64,000 nt of DNA from contig JARFYF010000050.1 of NCBI GenBank assembly GCA_030265395.1, positions 16,065,634 to 16,129,633 on the forward strand, written 5' to 3'. Source of the DNA: Rhina ancylostomus. Lineage: Eukaryota. Below the pieces are notes generated by a model that had not been told where the DNA came from, searched no databases, and was given only the letters and a program-made list of their open reading frames with translations. The translations under genes and the position numbers were made by a program. Shown one piece after another: positions 39,520 to 54,122 of the stretch (positions are counted from its first letter, which is position 1; each line of letters starts with the position of its first letter).

Positions 39520-40658
39520 CTGCGTGGGCTTCCCAGACCACTTCCACAGCTGCCGTGCTGGGAGAAAAGAGGAGATTTTGGGACGATTCTCCACAGATGG
39601 CAACCTCTGTCTCTTTGATATCTCCTTGGCCTTTTGGAGCCGTAACTCTTCCTGCCTCTTTTGTTTGATCTTATTCGCAGACATCACAGACTTGACTGAG
39701 AAGGAATGTGGGGAAATCTTCGCCTCTGTCTGCCGTGGGTCCGAGGAGGCCAGCAATGCGGGCACGGGCCGTGTCATACAGGTTTGAAGCAAGAGTGTCG
39801 AGTCATCATCAGAGCTGTATGACGAGTCATCATTGTCTGATGAGCACAGGCTGGATGTAGAGGTAGAACCAGATGTTGAAGAGGATGAAGATCCGGAAGA
39901 TGAAGACAAGACAGACAGCCTAGACATGAATCTCGATGTGACGCTCTGCCGGAGGTTTCCACTTTCATCTTCATCATCCATGTCGGAGAGTGAGCTATGG
40001 CTGTCACTGTCACAATCCATACCAAACTCTGATTGGCCAGTGTACTCATTCATGGCTAAACTGAGAGGAAGGTTTTGAAGTTGAGCATGTTTTCCTTTTA
40101 GAAGTTCTATCCTTCCGTTTCGCTCTTTACTTATCAAAGCTGCCTGGGAGTACGCAGCATCAGATTTCACTCCAAACTCCTTCTCACTCATCAGCAAGGC
40201 CTTTCCATTTTTTGTTTTAGGAGACATTACTCCTTCATGGTCTAATTTTCCAAGATATTCTGGTTCTGCTTTTCTCTTCCCACCTTTTGGGATTGATATG
40301 TCGAGTTTCTCCATCTTTCTGTACTTCAGTGGCTTAGGGGCTGGCATCAGACTTGGACTGCTCCCAAAGGCTCCAAACGTGCTGGCAATGCTGCTGAAAG
40401 AGTCAACTTCAAAGCCACCACTGAACACTGGAGGTGGGAGGCCGTGTATGGGGAGGAACCGCTCTTTGCCCTTCATCCTTCTTGTGCTTCCATTTAACTC
40501 AAACAAGTTTTCTAAAACCGCTGTATTCTTGTTGGAAATCTTTTTCTTTGTCTGGACAATCCCTGGCCAATTTATCAGTGTGTCTGACTTTTTACCCAGC
40601 ATGTGTTCCCCTTTCAACAGTGTTGATACCTCAGAGTTTGAAACTCCTTTTCCTTTTT
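39520..40658 (-). CDS. BAHCC1: BAHCC1 large coding exon (1139 nt, phase 1-0), Ser-rich pre-BAH region
   Basis: Acceptor cttttctttcag| and donor CAG|gtatgg; covers ORF 39508..40617. Contains BAHCC1-type motifs LENLFELNG, DSFSSIAS, KLDHEGVMSPK, STSSLCSSDNDDSSYSSDDD, LLLQTC and LPSVENRPKISSFLPARQLWKWSGKPTQ. Confidence 0.93.
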
Positions 40659-43600
40659 CTGAAAGAAAAGAATAATTTGTATTATTTAGGAAGAGAGCAG
40701 GTCATGAATCATCTTGCTGTACAAACTAAATCGGTACAAATTTATAAATGCATAGGTTATTTGTTCTTTAAAAAGTGTGACCACACATTCACAATCCTTA
40801 TAGAGAACTAACTGTTAATCCGGTTACTAAATCCAGAGCTGATGTTTCTGGGTAAGAAGACCTTTGCTATAGTTTCCTTACACCATTTTCTATTGTGCTA
40901 ATCATCTGGATACAATGTGAGATTTAGCATTGTGAGAAATTTAATATTGCATAATGTTAATTTGAGAACTACGTGAGCTCTATAAAGAGAATATTAAATC
41001 ATATTTTAGTTCCTTGGCTGCAGTTAGAGAAACTAAACTCTTTAACACTTGGTATTATTTAGTCTGAGACTGACTTTTCCATGCAGCAGTTACTAGTGCA
41101 AACCTAAATGTGTACTTATGCTTATCAGCAGGAAATTGTCTATGGAGGCTAGGACATAATTATTCAAACCATGGAGAAGATAATGTACTTGATTCATTCC
41201 ATGACAGTTAATGTGTCTTTATGGGCATACTACTTTTGGTTGTCTGCTGCCAAGCCAGAGAATATGGATGGGTTTAAACTTAATGAATATATAGGATACT
41301 TATAATATATAAAGAATAGTATAGTGGTGATCTATCTATACGTGACCTACTTTGACACCATACATAGTCACATTTAAAGATGTATGAATAGCATAATGTC
41401 AAGTACTTATGTTCTTGTTCATAAATTCTATGAAAAAACAGAAGTGAGAACACTGCCAACTTGACAAATTGTTTAATTAGGAGGCAAAACTACACATGAC
41501 CAAATGGAGTTGGACCTGAATAGGATACCATGGACACTGGGGGCTTTCTTCTTGCAAAAAAATGGAAGGGTGCCAGTTAAAATTGCCAGTGCTATTTTCC
41601 TGCATGGAGCTGGAAGGTTTGGTCAATGGTTCTCCTGAACAGGAGAGACAATCCATGAAAGATGGAAACCTCCTTTTCAATAGATATATCTAACCTTTCA
41701 ATAACGTCATTGGGACCCAACTGCAATTTTAACAAGGGATTTAACCTGAAAGGAGAGGCAATGAGTTTTCCAGCAGGCATTACAGGCAGTGAAGAGGATT
41801 GGAATAAGAGGCTCAAAAAATTTATTTGAACTATTGTTATTATTTGCTTTTCAGGGCATGAAGGAACAGAATTGACCATCAGGGCATTGACAGATAACCT
41901 TAATGATCCCATTACTACCAATTACTCATCATGCCTGCTCATCCAATTAACTTCTTTCAGTTGGCATTCCAGAATCTCCCTGCCACCTCCATCANNNNNN
42001 NNNNNNNNNNNNNNNNNNNNNNNNNNNNNNNNNNNNNNNNNNNNNNNNNNNNNNNNNNNNNNNNNNNNNNNNNNNNNNNNNNNNNNNNNNCACAGAAATT
42101 TAGTCCAACACGTAAAATTGGGACTAGTTTGAAAACACTGATTCCTGAGGAGGCAGTCATGTGCACATGTAACATTAGGAGTATAATTTGAATTGTCACT
42201 GAGTAAGTGGCAGTTCAACATGAAGTGTGCAAGTTTTTTTGACCACATTCCAAATAATCCACATTTGTTCACATTAATTTTTACCCTTTTAACAAAGGAT
42301 TTAAGAAAATTCTTTAACAGGGAGAGTTCTGGAGCAGGATGCTTCATGTGAATCACAATGGGAGGGAAACACTAAATAACTCGCATGGGATTGTGTTACA
42401 CAATGCACATGGGGTACACAGCTGCACTTTGGAACTGTCTTTGTGATGTCATTGCAAAGAGTTTCTATTCTACTGCCTAACATTATTCATTGAAATCTCA
42501 TACATGCTTGCTGTAATTGACAGATAACAATATAACTACTTTTGTTCCTAATAGCAATGGTTAATTAAATGCAATATTTAGCACTGTAAGACCTTTAACA
42601 TTTCAATTTAATTTATTCAGCTGTCTGGACACTAAAAGTGCATTTACTGTCTTNNNNNNNNNNNNNNNNNNNNNNNNNNNTTGCTTCTCCCAGTGAGTTT
42701 GGCCAGAAGAAGGAACTGTAGAAGTGGCTATTTTCTTTCAAGCCAGACAGTTCTTACAGCCTTAGTATCTGGCTGCTGAAATAGTTATGTGGCATACACA
42801 GAGTCACAGTGAAGCTTAGCAGGTCTGTCTGTGTAAACCAAACACTATCTTCTGTACTAGCCAATATAATGAAGTGAATCATGCACTGTGCCAGAAGAAA
42901 ATTTGTTACTTCCTTCCCCACAATGATTTTGTCAAGTCTGTTGTCTGATTTAATTCCACTCCATTCTAGAAACCCCAGCATATTCCTAGCCCTTTGTTTA
43001 CATTAGACGAGTTCCTGTGTAATCTGTCTTGGGCTGGCCGGTAGTAACTTTACAAATTTTAAGAAACAGCCAAATTCCAGAATTGCTCAATGAACCATTA
43101 ACCAAGTCACCGTGGGCTTTATTTTAACTGAATCTATTTTTGATCTGTTAAAAATTATCACAACCAAAAAATACAGCACTGTTACAGATTTGTAAATTGA
43201 GAATAGTACATAGCATAATAAAGGCACTTCCTTATCCAGCTGTAAAAACTCATCTGCTAACAGGAAAGAATGACTGGATTTTCAAATGAATTCAACTTTC
43301 TGAAGAATTAGAGGGTTGGGTTACATTTATGCTACCGCTAACCTTTCCCTTCTGGTGGACTTAGTAACAGAATGGATGAAACCAATGTGTCACCTTAGTT
43401 AGCATTGGGTGCAAATCTGGACCAAGATGACACAATGGAAATCTCTGCTAGCAAATGCGAAACTTCAGATTGGGTTGTAGTTATTCATGGAGGTGCACAA
43501 CATACACTTCTTGTTCTAAGGTGATACTCAATTGGGAATCTCAGAAGGATGAAGGGAGCAGAGGCTTTAGGTGAGGAAAAGGAAACTTACTTTAGCACCA

Positions 43601-44199
43601 CTAGGCTGGGTTTTGTTTTGAAAGGCTGGGATTTAACTTGAAAGAATACCTTTGCATCATGCCAATATTTTCATCTGGGTCAACACAGATCCTAATGAAA
43701 TGTTTCTCTTTCTGTTTCCACTAAGCACAGTATCAGACAGGATAGGATTTGTAACTGGTAAAACTTCTGGTATAGAGGATCCCTCTAATTAGCTATCTTT
43801 TCTGATCCAATTACCCATACAAGAAGATTGCAAGCCATATATTTATCATTGATAAGTTTTGGAACTGGTCCATAGATTTCGACCAATTTGAAACTTTCAT
43901 AATTCACACAGCCCAGTTGAAGCTACAAGGTCCTCCTCACAATCTCAATAAATTGCTTCATTGAGTTGTCAAACAACAGCCTAGCATCATCCCTATATAC
44001 ATCAGGTCCCACTGGAAAGACAGATAAACCATAAGTGGTAGTGTGGTGGAATAGTGTAGAGTCGGGCAGTTGGAGATGCAGTATTCCCTTGCCAGGATGA
44101 GTGCAACTCCAACACTGCTTGACACCATCCCGCGCAGAGTAACCCACTAGAATGATACCCCAGCCACAAACATATGTGCACTCCAACACTTGCATACCA

Positions 44200-44535
44200 T
44201 GATTGATATGCACACCCTTTAAAATTCACTGTAGCAACACAGCAATGTTTTTCTGATCATGTCTTCCAAAACTGCAGCTCTTACCACGCCGAGGCCAAGG
44301 GCAGCATGTGCAAGGAAATGCCTCCTAGGAATTTTCCTCCCACAGGCACCAGCTTACCCTGGAAATACACTCTCAGTCCTTCATCGTCACTGAGTTAAGT
44401 GCTCTGAACCCATTACCTAACAACACTGTCAGAATATCTTCACTATAGTGACTACAGAAGATCAAGAAGGCAAGACAATCCCCTTCTCAGGGGCCATTAG
44501 GGATGGACCATCACAGTCCATGGACGAGTAAGAAT
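44200..44535 (+). mobile_element. LINE 3' end (family of 3810-4480)
   Basis: ccaagggcagca..ccttcatcgtcactgagt..cctaacaacactgt..tcaagaaggc..ccttctcaggggccattagggatgg. Confidence 0.6.
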
Positions 44536-44788
44536 AAATGAGTGGCCAGAATGTTTTTGACAAGAAGAGGCTGTTTGTTTGCTGTGGCTCATCAAAGAAT
44601 TAAGAAATCTGCTGATGATCCAAGTTCCTTATAACCAATACATAAAAGAAATTACAAAATCAAGGAGGAGGGGATGAAACTTCAATTCCAAAAAATACAG
44701 CATGTAGGACTGTTACTGTAATATTTCTGTACTGTGTTAAATTGTCCCACGCTGAGGATATAATCACTATATTTCAGGATAAACGCAC

Positions 44789-44962
44789 CAGCTTTCCCTT
44801 TTAACAAAGTCTTCTTGCCAGATTTTTTGCTCAGTTCTGTGGAATTTGGTCCATCCACAGAGTGATTCTGACTGCTCGCTGCACTTTCTCGCTTTTCTGT
44901 GGGGAATCTCCGAACCCGAAGCCTCCCATTGGATACCAGCAATGCAGGGGAAGGTTCTGTAC
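44789..44962 (-). CDS. BAHCC1: BAHCC1 internal coding exon, 174 nt, phase 1-1
   Basis: Acceptor ttttgcag|GT and donor GCTG|gtgcgt. Translates (C)TEPSPALLVSNGRLR...KKSGKKTLLKGKA and joins the previous exon in frame to give KIQCTEPSPALLVS, as in BAHCC1. Confidence 0.9.
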
Positions 44963-45149
44963 CTGCAAAAGAATGATTAATGTTGAAGTGTGTTCACTTT
45001 AAGAAACAATTAGTGGAATGTAATGCCNNNNNNNNNNGCCCTTACTGGAGCTGAAAGAGGTGTGGAGCTTTGTCAATTGAGAAAGGATCAACTGCCCTAC
45101 CTAATGCCATTATGATCCTTTACAAATTGACAAAACATCACAGACTATC

Positions 45150-45500
45150 CACAAACAACCCAACTAACCCAACATGTTAATCAGCCCAGCACCCACTCTT
45201 ACTCGGCACCCAAAGCAATCCCGCACACATATTGACCACCAGCCAAATTAACCCACCATGTAAACTAATACAAAACCAAAACTAACCAGCATGTAAACTC
45301 TCCACACAAACTGACCTGGTACTTAAACTAATCCATCATCCAAACAAACCCAGCAGCCAAATTAACGTACTATGTAAACTAATACAAAACACAAACTAAC
45401 CAGCATATAAACTAGATCTGCACCCTAACTAACCTAGCATGTAAATTAGTACAACAGTAAACCAACCAAACAACCCATTACCCACACTAACCTGGCACTC
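45150..45500. repeat. Degenerate A/C-rich minisatellite with a 114-nt higher-order duplication
   Basis: agccaaattaac..atgtaaactaatacaaaac..aaactaaccagcat occurs at 45241 and 45355; aactaac(c) subunits recur. Confidence 0.8.
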
Positions 45501-45895
45501 CTTGGAACATCTGAGCATCTTGAAACCTAATGTCCAAATTAAATCAGATGTCAATCACACCATCTTCAAACCAGACCAAGAGCTAAGTCTAACCCAGCCT
45601 GGGTTAAGACCTGTAGATATGTCAAAATCTCAAACTCTTGTCCCTGCAGGTCCCAGCTGATCAGATCCCCTTTAGCAACTCCCTTAGGTATGTGTTTTAG
45701 AAACCAGACAAGTTTCCTGCTCTGGATCAATCTTTGTTGAAGGAGGCGTGCTGGAATGACTGAGCACAAAGGCTGCACTTCATTGGAAGAGAAGCCCTTT
45801 GACATCCTGAGCTCTGATAAGTAGACTGACCAACTGTGAACATTCTGTGACTGAACTACTTTTAAGTGGAACAGCCATTTCGTCTCCCAGGATTA

Positions 45896-46108
<213 letters not shown>

Positions 46109-46779
46109 TTATTGTCTCACCAGTTGCTTTCATTTTGGTGAAGTTACATGCATCACTAACATGAACAGCAACATTCATCATCACTGAACTATGAACCCAT
46201 ATTTATCTTATATGCTCAACATTTCAAATTAGTCATGAAACAACCATCTTAAATTGCAGCAGAAGAATTTTTTAAATGATACTAAAATTCAGACAAGGTT
46301 GTGTAACACAGTGGGACAAGCAGGTTATTTAAAGCAAAAAATTCTAAATCAGTCTTTACTGAGTTGGGGAGAAAGTAGTTTAAGTAAAGATCCGTTCATA
46401 CATCATCTGCGGTTTTCCTGTAACTTAATATTTAATTACTATGCATATAAATATTGAATATACCAGGTTGGAAGGTTATGTCGCAACACCAAAACTGCAT
46501 TGATCCTGGGGAATACCTGAGGGAGAGGGAAATTTCCTCTGTGTACTCTATGTTTAAAAGACTTGTTATTCTGTTTCGAAAAAAAATTTTCAATTTCACT
46601 GCCTCTCGTGTACAGAAGAAAATCTCAGTCTCTCCAGTTACTGAAGTGATGGACAAGGTAGTAGTTTATATAATACAGGATGCAACTCAACCTCTATCGA
46701 TGTATATCTCTTCCAGATTTTTGCTGCAGAAGTTTTTAAATAAAAATCTTGTTTATCATGGCAATACTTTGCTGTTCTT

Positions 46780-47000
46780 GGAGGCTTGTTTGGTTAAAGC
46801 CATCCTTCAACCAATGTAACTGAAAATGAATATCTGGTCATTAGCATGTTACTGTTTGGGGGTTGCCATGTGCATATTGGTTGCTGCATTTCCTACAGTA
46901 CAAGTGTGACTACAATTCAAAGGTACTTACTTGGCTGTAAAGCACTTTGGACCATACCAAGGAGATGAAAGGCAGCATGTAAGCAGGAGATCTCTTTTTT
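46780..47000 (+). mobile_element. Deu-domain SINE 3' fragment
   Basis: tatctggtcattagcatgttactgtttggg..attggttgctgcatttcctaca..gtgactacaattcaaaggtacttacttggctgtaaagcactttg. Confidence 0.75.
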
Positions 47001-49379
47001 TTATTGAATCACACAATATAAATTGTCTGATACAGCATCACCAATGGCACATTTGATAAAATGGAAAAAAGGTTAACTTGGGTATGCTAAATTTGTTTGC
47101 CATTTAGTACACATTTACAAGTGGCAGTCACATTTCTTCTGGCTCAGTGGGATTGAAGGCATTCTTGCAGAGGAATTAAGTATTTAGCCCATGCAGAGCG
47201 CAGCAGCACTTCTTGATTATTGGATCTGGTTGCTATTGATTGGTGATAAATTTTGTGAAATCCCTGAATTGTACTTGATTGATTCCTTCTTGGGTCTGGC
47301 ATTGTGGCTACTTCTATAAGGCTCAAATATTAAGTGCCATTTTCCAGGTTGCTGTATGTGAAATGAATGCATTGTCCATGGATTTAAGTTGTAGCCATGC
47401 TACAGACACAAAGTAGGAATGATAAATTTTGAAGATGTTTTAATGGGAAGTGATCTATTGCTATGTTCTTTCTTACAGTGCATTATGTTAATTCCTGTTG
47501 ATGTCCTTTCCTGCATAAAATTTCCTTTGAAACATACTCAAAAGCCTTCCTGTGTAGCAAAACAAACTGACATGTTCGAAATATTCAATTTCCTATTTGG
47601 ACAAATAGTTGGTAAAAGATTAAACAATAAAAGCAACTGTACCAGGAGTTACAGGTGGCAACATGTTTTGAACTGAATTATCCAGTAACTTTTACTTACA
47701 AAGAAAGTACAAATTGAGCTAACCTTTGAGATATATACTGTATCAATGGATGAAAATTCATTAAAATAATTAATACACCAGAGATGATCTTAGGTACTAG
47801 GGCAGACTTCACTTGATTACACAATATGGATGTCCACACCTTAATTAATTTTTTTTTCACAAGGTATCAGGATTGTTGCTGTGGATGAATGCCAGAGGAT
47901 TGGTTTGCATCCAATCACACCAGCATTAGGCCATCTGTCTTTCTACCAGATGGTTAAACAGATCTGGATTTCAGCAACAACCTTTCACATAAAATGTAGG
48001 AGCAGGAATAGGGTACATCGCTTCTTAAGCTAGATCTACCATTTAAAATACTTTAACTGACCTGTCCTTTTGTTCCACTCTATTTTCCTGCCCAATCCTT
48101 GTAAATAACATACCTCCACCTTCAACATACCAAAAGACTTGGTGAATGCATTTCACTTGTTTAGAATACAAACTGAAGCTGCATATTTTGTGAGGAGATT
48201 GAGGGTGGGGTTGCAGGTGTTGGTATTTTATCAGGGCTTGAAACTTAAATCCAAGGCCCCTACACAGAGGTTTGAGACCAGACTGAAGCTTGGCATTCAG
48301 ACCTGATAGTTTGATAGAGGGGGCCCAAAGCAGGTGGTAGGTTCTTTATTCTTTATTTACACATGGAGGAGACCCCAGTTTTTAGGTGGTTGTAATGATT
48401 CCTGAAAAAAGATTCAAATTTTTTTCAGGCACCTGTGAGGAGACAGGAACTGGCGCACAAAATTACCCTTGAGCTCATTTCACAAGGAGGAAATTGGCAC
48501 GAGGTCCGAGTTCCATCCCATTATCCTTCCCAAATGAATCTTCCCAATGGCTAACAGTGTAGTTATCCATGACACAGGCCATTAGATCTATTGACTTGAT
48601 GCCTAAGCATCATTCCTGAAGAGAAAAGAAAGAAAATGTTGACAAAGGATGAACTATTATTTCATAAAGGAAACCAGATTCAAAACGACCACAAAAACCT
48701 GGCTGTGTGAACATCAACAATTCCTTTTCTCCCACAAATGTTGCTCGACCTGCTGAGTTTCTCCAGAGGTTTGTTTTTTTATCTAAACTAGTTCTCTAAA
48801 AGTCCTGAGTCAGAGGGAGTTAATAGCACAACTTCCCACTAGGCTTTGATAAATGACATCTGGATCTTGTACTCCCCAGTCACATTCGACCTTGGAGCTC
48901 GTCAGTGACGGATATGACCAGTCTGTTCTCATCTCAAACATTCATACCGCCGGCATTTCTCTCCACTTCACTCCAATATTATCAACATCCATCACCCCTC
49001 TCTCAATGTGAGTAGCAGCATCATTTACACAGCTTGCAATATTCAGCATGCACCACAAATCCATCACCTTAATGGAGTACTAATTCAAATTTAAATGTTT
49101 GCGCAGCGGCTGTGGAAGTGGCCTTCGCTAGATAATTATATGATATTGTTTTTCTCTGCTGACAATTGTACTAGAGTCATGTAACTGACCCATGCCTCCC
49201 TTATCTCCCAGCAAAATGTTCAAGCCAGAGGATTTTTTTTTTCCGACGTTCTCTCCTCAAACCTTGCCTGATTGCATCCACACTAATCCACCCTGTTCAC
49301 TGGTTCGTGAGCAAGGCCAATGACTTGCAGGTGGGTGGATTCAGAGAACAGGATCTGAAAAAGACCTGTACACAAAGGA

Positions 49380-50560
49380 ATCATATAGCATAGGAGGTGT
49401 AAGATCAAGAGCAGGCTATTCAGCCCCTCAGCTTGTTCAAGCACTCTGTAAAGATCATGGTTTATCTGCACAATTTCATTTTCATTTTTCCAGGCCAATT
49501 CCCTGTTGGTTGATACCCCTCCTCATTAAAAGTTTATCCTGTTTAAAAATACTGTTGTCCAACTAAACAGTGGTGTTTGATATAACATTGTAGCAAGGTC
49601 ATATACATGGTGCAAACAGTCATTAAAGGTAGATTCCTGCTCACGTATACAGTATATAAATGAGACAAACTCATCCCTTAGCCCTGCAGAATAAGAGGGG
49701 ATGTGGTTCAGGATGCCTTTCAGGAATAAAAGAACACAAGATGAAATGGAGTAGACTTTCTTATTGTATGAATGCTCAATACACTCAAATTATATTGCTG
49801 TACATGCCATTTTATCAATCTTGAATACTTCTACTGAAAGGCACCAATGCCTTTTAGGGCTGGAGAGCTTAGATTTCCACTAACCTTTGGGTGAAAATGT
49901 GGCTTCTGATTTTACATCTAAATGGACCAGTTCAGATCTATGTTCTCCTTCAGAGGAAAAGGTTCCTCTGTATCTGATTAAATGTTTCAATCATTTTAAG
50001 AAATTCAGTTGTTCAACCCTTGTGGGAATATAAACCAAAATTTTTCAACCTTGCCCTCTTTAAGGGCAATTAAGGGTGAATACTGACAATTCAACACTGC
50101 ATTCTAAGGCCAATGTATCTTTCTGGATATATGGTTTACAAGTCTGAATAAATTTCTCAAGAATGGGTCTGTGCAAGGCTCTGTCCATCACTTGAATCAT
50201 TCATTCCAGTAGCTTGTTGATTTTTTTTAATATCCTTTTTTTTAGTGATTTGTGTTTTCATACCAATTCAAATTACTTTGGTCCTCTACAGTACATTATC
50301 TCATGCCATTAATGACAAATCCCAGTTTGCTTTTCTCTGATCCAAAGTGAATGACTATACACTTTTTTATATTGCAGTTTTTTATATTAGAGCTTTGTCT
50401 ACTCATTTAGCCATAGAGACTTGCTGCTCCCATCCACATAATAACTCGGTTACACAGTTTTGAATTCCTTCATTAAAATTATTATCTATCTAGTGAAAGG
50501 TGTAGGCCTCCGTAAAGTCCTTGGGGAAGACCACTTCTCATCTCCTGGCATCTCCCTGGA
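49380..50560 (-). mobile_element. Old CR1 LINE fragments
   Basis: Antisense CR1 tail (gagcaggctattcagcccctcagcttgttc) and ORF2 relics (gattccactaacctt-like motif, ctaaggccaatgtatctttc, tccaaagtgaatgac). Confidence 0.5.
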
Positions 50561-51709
50561 GTAGAAACTCATCCTTGGTTGGACAAACTAAATATGAATA
50601 TGGTACTATCATTGAATCTAGCTTCAGAAATTCGCTCCCATTGACATCAATTTTGAACGTCATGTGCAATCCACAAATGGCACTTGCTTAGTACATACAA
50701 ATGAGAATGATATTCTGCTCGTCCCCAACCCCTTCACTAATTACCTTTCACATCATAGAGTTACTTCCAATTATGTACATCCCCAATTTGAGCAGATTGC
50801 AGGCAGAATCTGAGTTATTTGATGATTGATCACTCATTAACAATGGACAAACTGTGGAATTTAATGCCCAAAACACCACTATAAATCCCTGAAGTCCTGG
50901 AACAATATACTTAACAGTCAACCTAGGCATTGTCAGATACTTGTCAGCACCATTGAAACAGTTCTTTGAACAGACCAAAAGATTTACACAAACAGGATAA
51001 ATCACAAATATGGACAGAAATGTTGATCAGTTCAGTTCAAATATAGATGTTTAATGGCTTGTGCATCTATTTTTTGCATTACGTGGTATTTTTCTTCATT
51101 AAAATGGCATGCAGAGGATTACAGTTTGAGTATACTAAGAGGTCATACATTAAGTTTGCCAATCAGAAGGTCTGTATCTTGCATTGTGTCCTTATTATTC
51201 CTAAATTCATTCTGAGCCCACCTTATTCTACACTAGGGATGAGCTTATTTCATTTATAAATGGAGTATATATGAGTGAGTCTATTTTTACTAACTGTGTG
51301 CACCATGTTTATGATCTTAAAGCTTTTTCGTTTGACAATGGCTTTTTTTCAACAAAGTATATGCTGTTGTTGGCTCTGTCAAATCTCAGTGATAGTACTT
51401 GTAATAATAACAAAAAAAGGCATTACATTGGCAATGAGGATGGGATATTCCTTGCAGTGAGCAGAACAGGAAACAGAGATCCATATGGTGAATTGGGAGT
51501 CTGTTTTCTTTGGGTAGGAATTGCCATGGCAGAAAACGGAAGTGGGAGAAATGTCACAAAAATCAAGAAATGTGAGCAAATTCAGTTACTTGCCCAGTGC
51601 ATGGACTGTATGGAGCTGATCTTTAGGGTGAACAACATTGTTAAGGTCCTGAAGAAAGACAGAGAAAGGAGAGTTTGAAGATAAAGTGAGGAGAAGAAGG
51701 GGATATACA

Positions 51710-51850
51710 CAAACCCAGTCCTAATGGAGGTTTTCACCACAAAATGTCGACAATTCCTTTCCCCACACTGATGCTGCTTGATCTGCTGAGTTCCTCCGGC
51801 AGATAGTTTGTTGCTCCAGATTCTAGCATCTGCAGTCTCTTGTGTCTCCA
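51710..51850 (+). mobile_element. Penelope-like terminal repeat (solo)
   Basis: cagtcctaatggaggttttcaccacaaaatgtcgac..gatgctgcttgatctgctgagttcctccggcag..ttgctccagattctagcatctgcagtctcttgtgtctcc. Confidence 0.8.
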
Positions 51851-54122
51851 ATGTTGTGTAGCAATTTGGGAGAAACCTTCCTAGTCATGGTTAAGAATGG
51901 AATCCTGGATTTGTGGCAAGGTTGAGAAGATCCAGTTACCTCTGGTATTTCTGGATTATAGCCTTGAGCAGTTAGCCAGCTGTTATAGACCAGGCCACTG
52001 GTAAGGAGGGCTTGGGAGATATCAAGAAAGTTGCAGCTAATAGACATTAGCTAATAAGGGTTACAGACTGCAGTTCAAACAAACTGGCTGTACGGAACTA
52101 TAAGTGAAAGGCTACAATGAAATTAAGGAAGGAAAGAGACTGTGAATTTGCAAAGCAGAATTTCAATGAGTAGAATATGTATTTCAGAAATGACAGGAAA
52201 CTGGCCAGGAACCTAATGCCTTTGCCTTACTCAGTAATGAGCTCCAGAAATCTCAGTCAAGCTATCAGGTAAAGTTGAAAAGCTCAGAAAAACAAGGAGA
52301 TGGTGGAGCAGTTGTCAGGAGGTTTCAAACAACATAAGGTGATTGCAAGAGCAAAGTAATGCTTTGCAATGGGAAGTTAAAATGAAGTCCCTATAGTTGG
52401 TAGGGGTGGTGGGGGAAGAAGTTTCAAGCTGTACTACTAACCAGAAAAGAATTGATTAAGGCGCGTAGCAGAGGAGACAACTCAGGCACTCATATGTTCT
52501 GTGCAGACCACCAGCAGCCCCCCTCCCCACACCCCCCCCCAAGGAAGTCTTCACAGGTGTTATAGGTATTAGAATTCCTGGCTCTTGAGATGGCCTAGAA
52601 TCTCAAGGTGTTGTGATCATTGACTTTGAGAGTGAACTGACTGTTGCACCAGTGTTGGAATGGAGCCACGATACAGAAAGGTAATTCCATAGTTATCTGT
52701 GTTGTTGATGATACTTAAAATGAATGACACTCAAACATGGCAAGATTTGAAGTTGTTTATTATAGATGAGGTAGCAAGTTATAGCACAGATATAACTCTC
52801 AAAGTGGTTCTGATGGAGTGCCATTGATTAAGGCAAGAGCATGCTAATACAGCAATTTAAAAATTTTGAGCAGCACAGGCTGAAACCACAACCCGATCAC
52901 ATCACTAATGTGGAGTGGCAGGAGGTCAAGATTGCCATGGGTTCCCATGTAGATATGATGAAGATGATTGACAGCGCCAAAGCCAAAGGAAGGCTCCAAG
53001 TAGCAGACAAGCAGCATCAGTTGGAAAAAATGTATCAGGAAAGTCACATGTCCTGGACAAGATGGTTCTCAGATCAACATGGACAACAAGAATGGAGGCA
53101 ATGCTGGGAAAAGTAGCAGAACAAAACTTACATTCTGATACCAGAGTGCAAAAGAATTTGATGAGAATGGCTGGTATAAACAAGAGAGAAACAATGAGAA
53201 CGTGAATACATTTAAATAGAACATGGACTATGACTCCCTTTATTTAGGTTAGCTCCCAGGTACAGGTGATTCCCCTCCCCATATTAAGGTGGGTGGGCTG
53301 TGTTCCCAGAAAACAGTCCACATCTCAACTTTCCAAAACATGAAGCCATATCATCTGCACATGCATCAAGAAACGCAAGTTGAAAAATTCATGTAAATTC
53401 CATGAGAGTGAATTTTATTCCCTATCTTTAATTTTTTGGGTCATGATTTGTGAATTTTGTAAGAGGGAATATCAGTAACCCAACCAGCTGTTACTTGGGG
53501 GGGGGGGGGGAAGAAGGGAAGGGAGTCACCTGTATATCTGACTAGAGTTGGAGAGTTGGCCAGGGAACCTCAGAATGTCCCTTACTTTGTCCACATAAAT
53601 AGCAACAGGTTAAACTAAGGCTAGCAGTTTCTTTCATATTCCAGGCAATGGAAGATCAAGCCCTGGTCAACCAGTGGGCCCTGGGTCCTCATGGTCTGCT
53701 GCAGCCCTGATACAGCAGGGCTGGAGCTAGAATGTTCTGGTGGAGCAGACCCAAGATAAATGTCTAAGAAGGGAAGGCAATGGATGGATTCAAAGCAAAG
53801 GGTAAAAAACAAAAGAAGCAAAGGAGAGAAGCATGGTTTAGAAAATGGAAGAGAAGAATGAACTTCAGGATATAAGATAGCAAGCAAACAAAAGCAAGAA
53901 GATGAAGAAGAGACCGAAGTGGAGATGGTAAGGGCTGAGTTTATGACATTTAGTAGTGTGCCAAATGCATCGTATAATTGTATCCGTTGGAATCATTAAT
54001 TAGAAATATTAGGCATTTGTGTTAATCTGTATGTAAACTGTGTACTACATACAATGCATTCAAAGTTATGGAGATAATTATAACAATGTTATGTATAACT
54101 TCCGGTGGAAGTTAAAAATTGT

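Noticed and set aside
39833-40811. Plus-strand ORFs overlapping the large BAHCC1 exon
   Set aside because: These are antisense shadows of the real coding frame.
48930-48985. Minus-strand YWSE.. as a candidate for the missing BAHCC1 exon
   Set aside because: It does not continue into CLYPG and reaches a stop within about 15 codons.
52841-53116. 91-aa Q/E/K-rich ORF
   Set aside because: No recognisable motif or splice context. It may be a decayed element but I cannot assign it.
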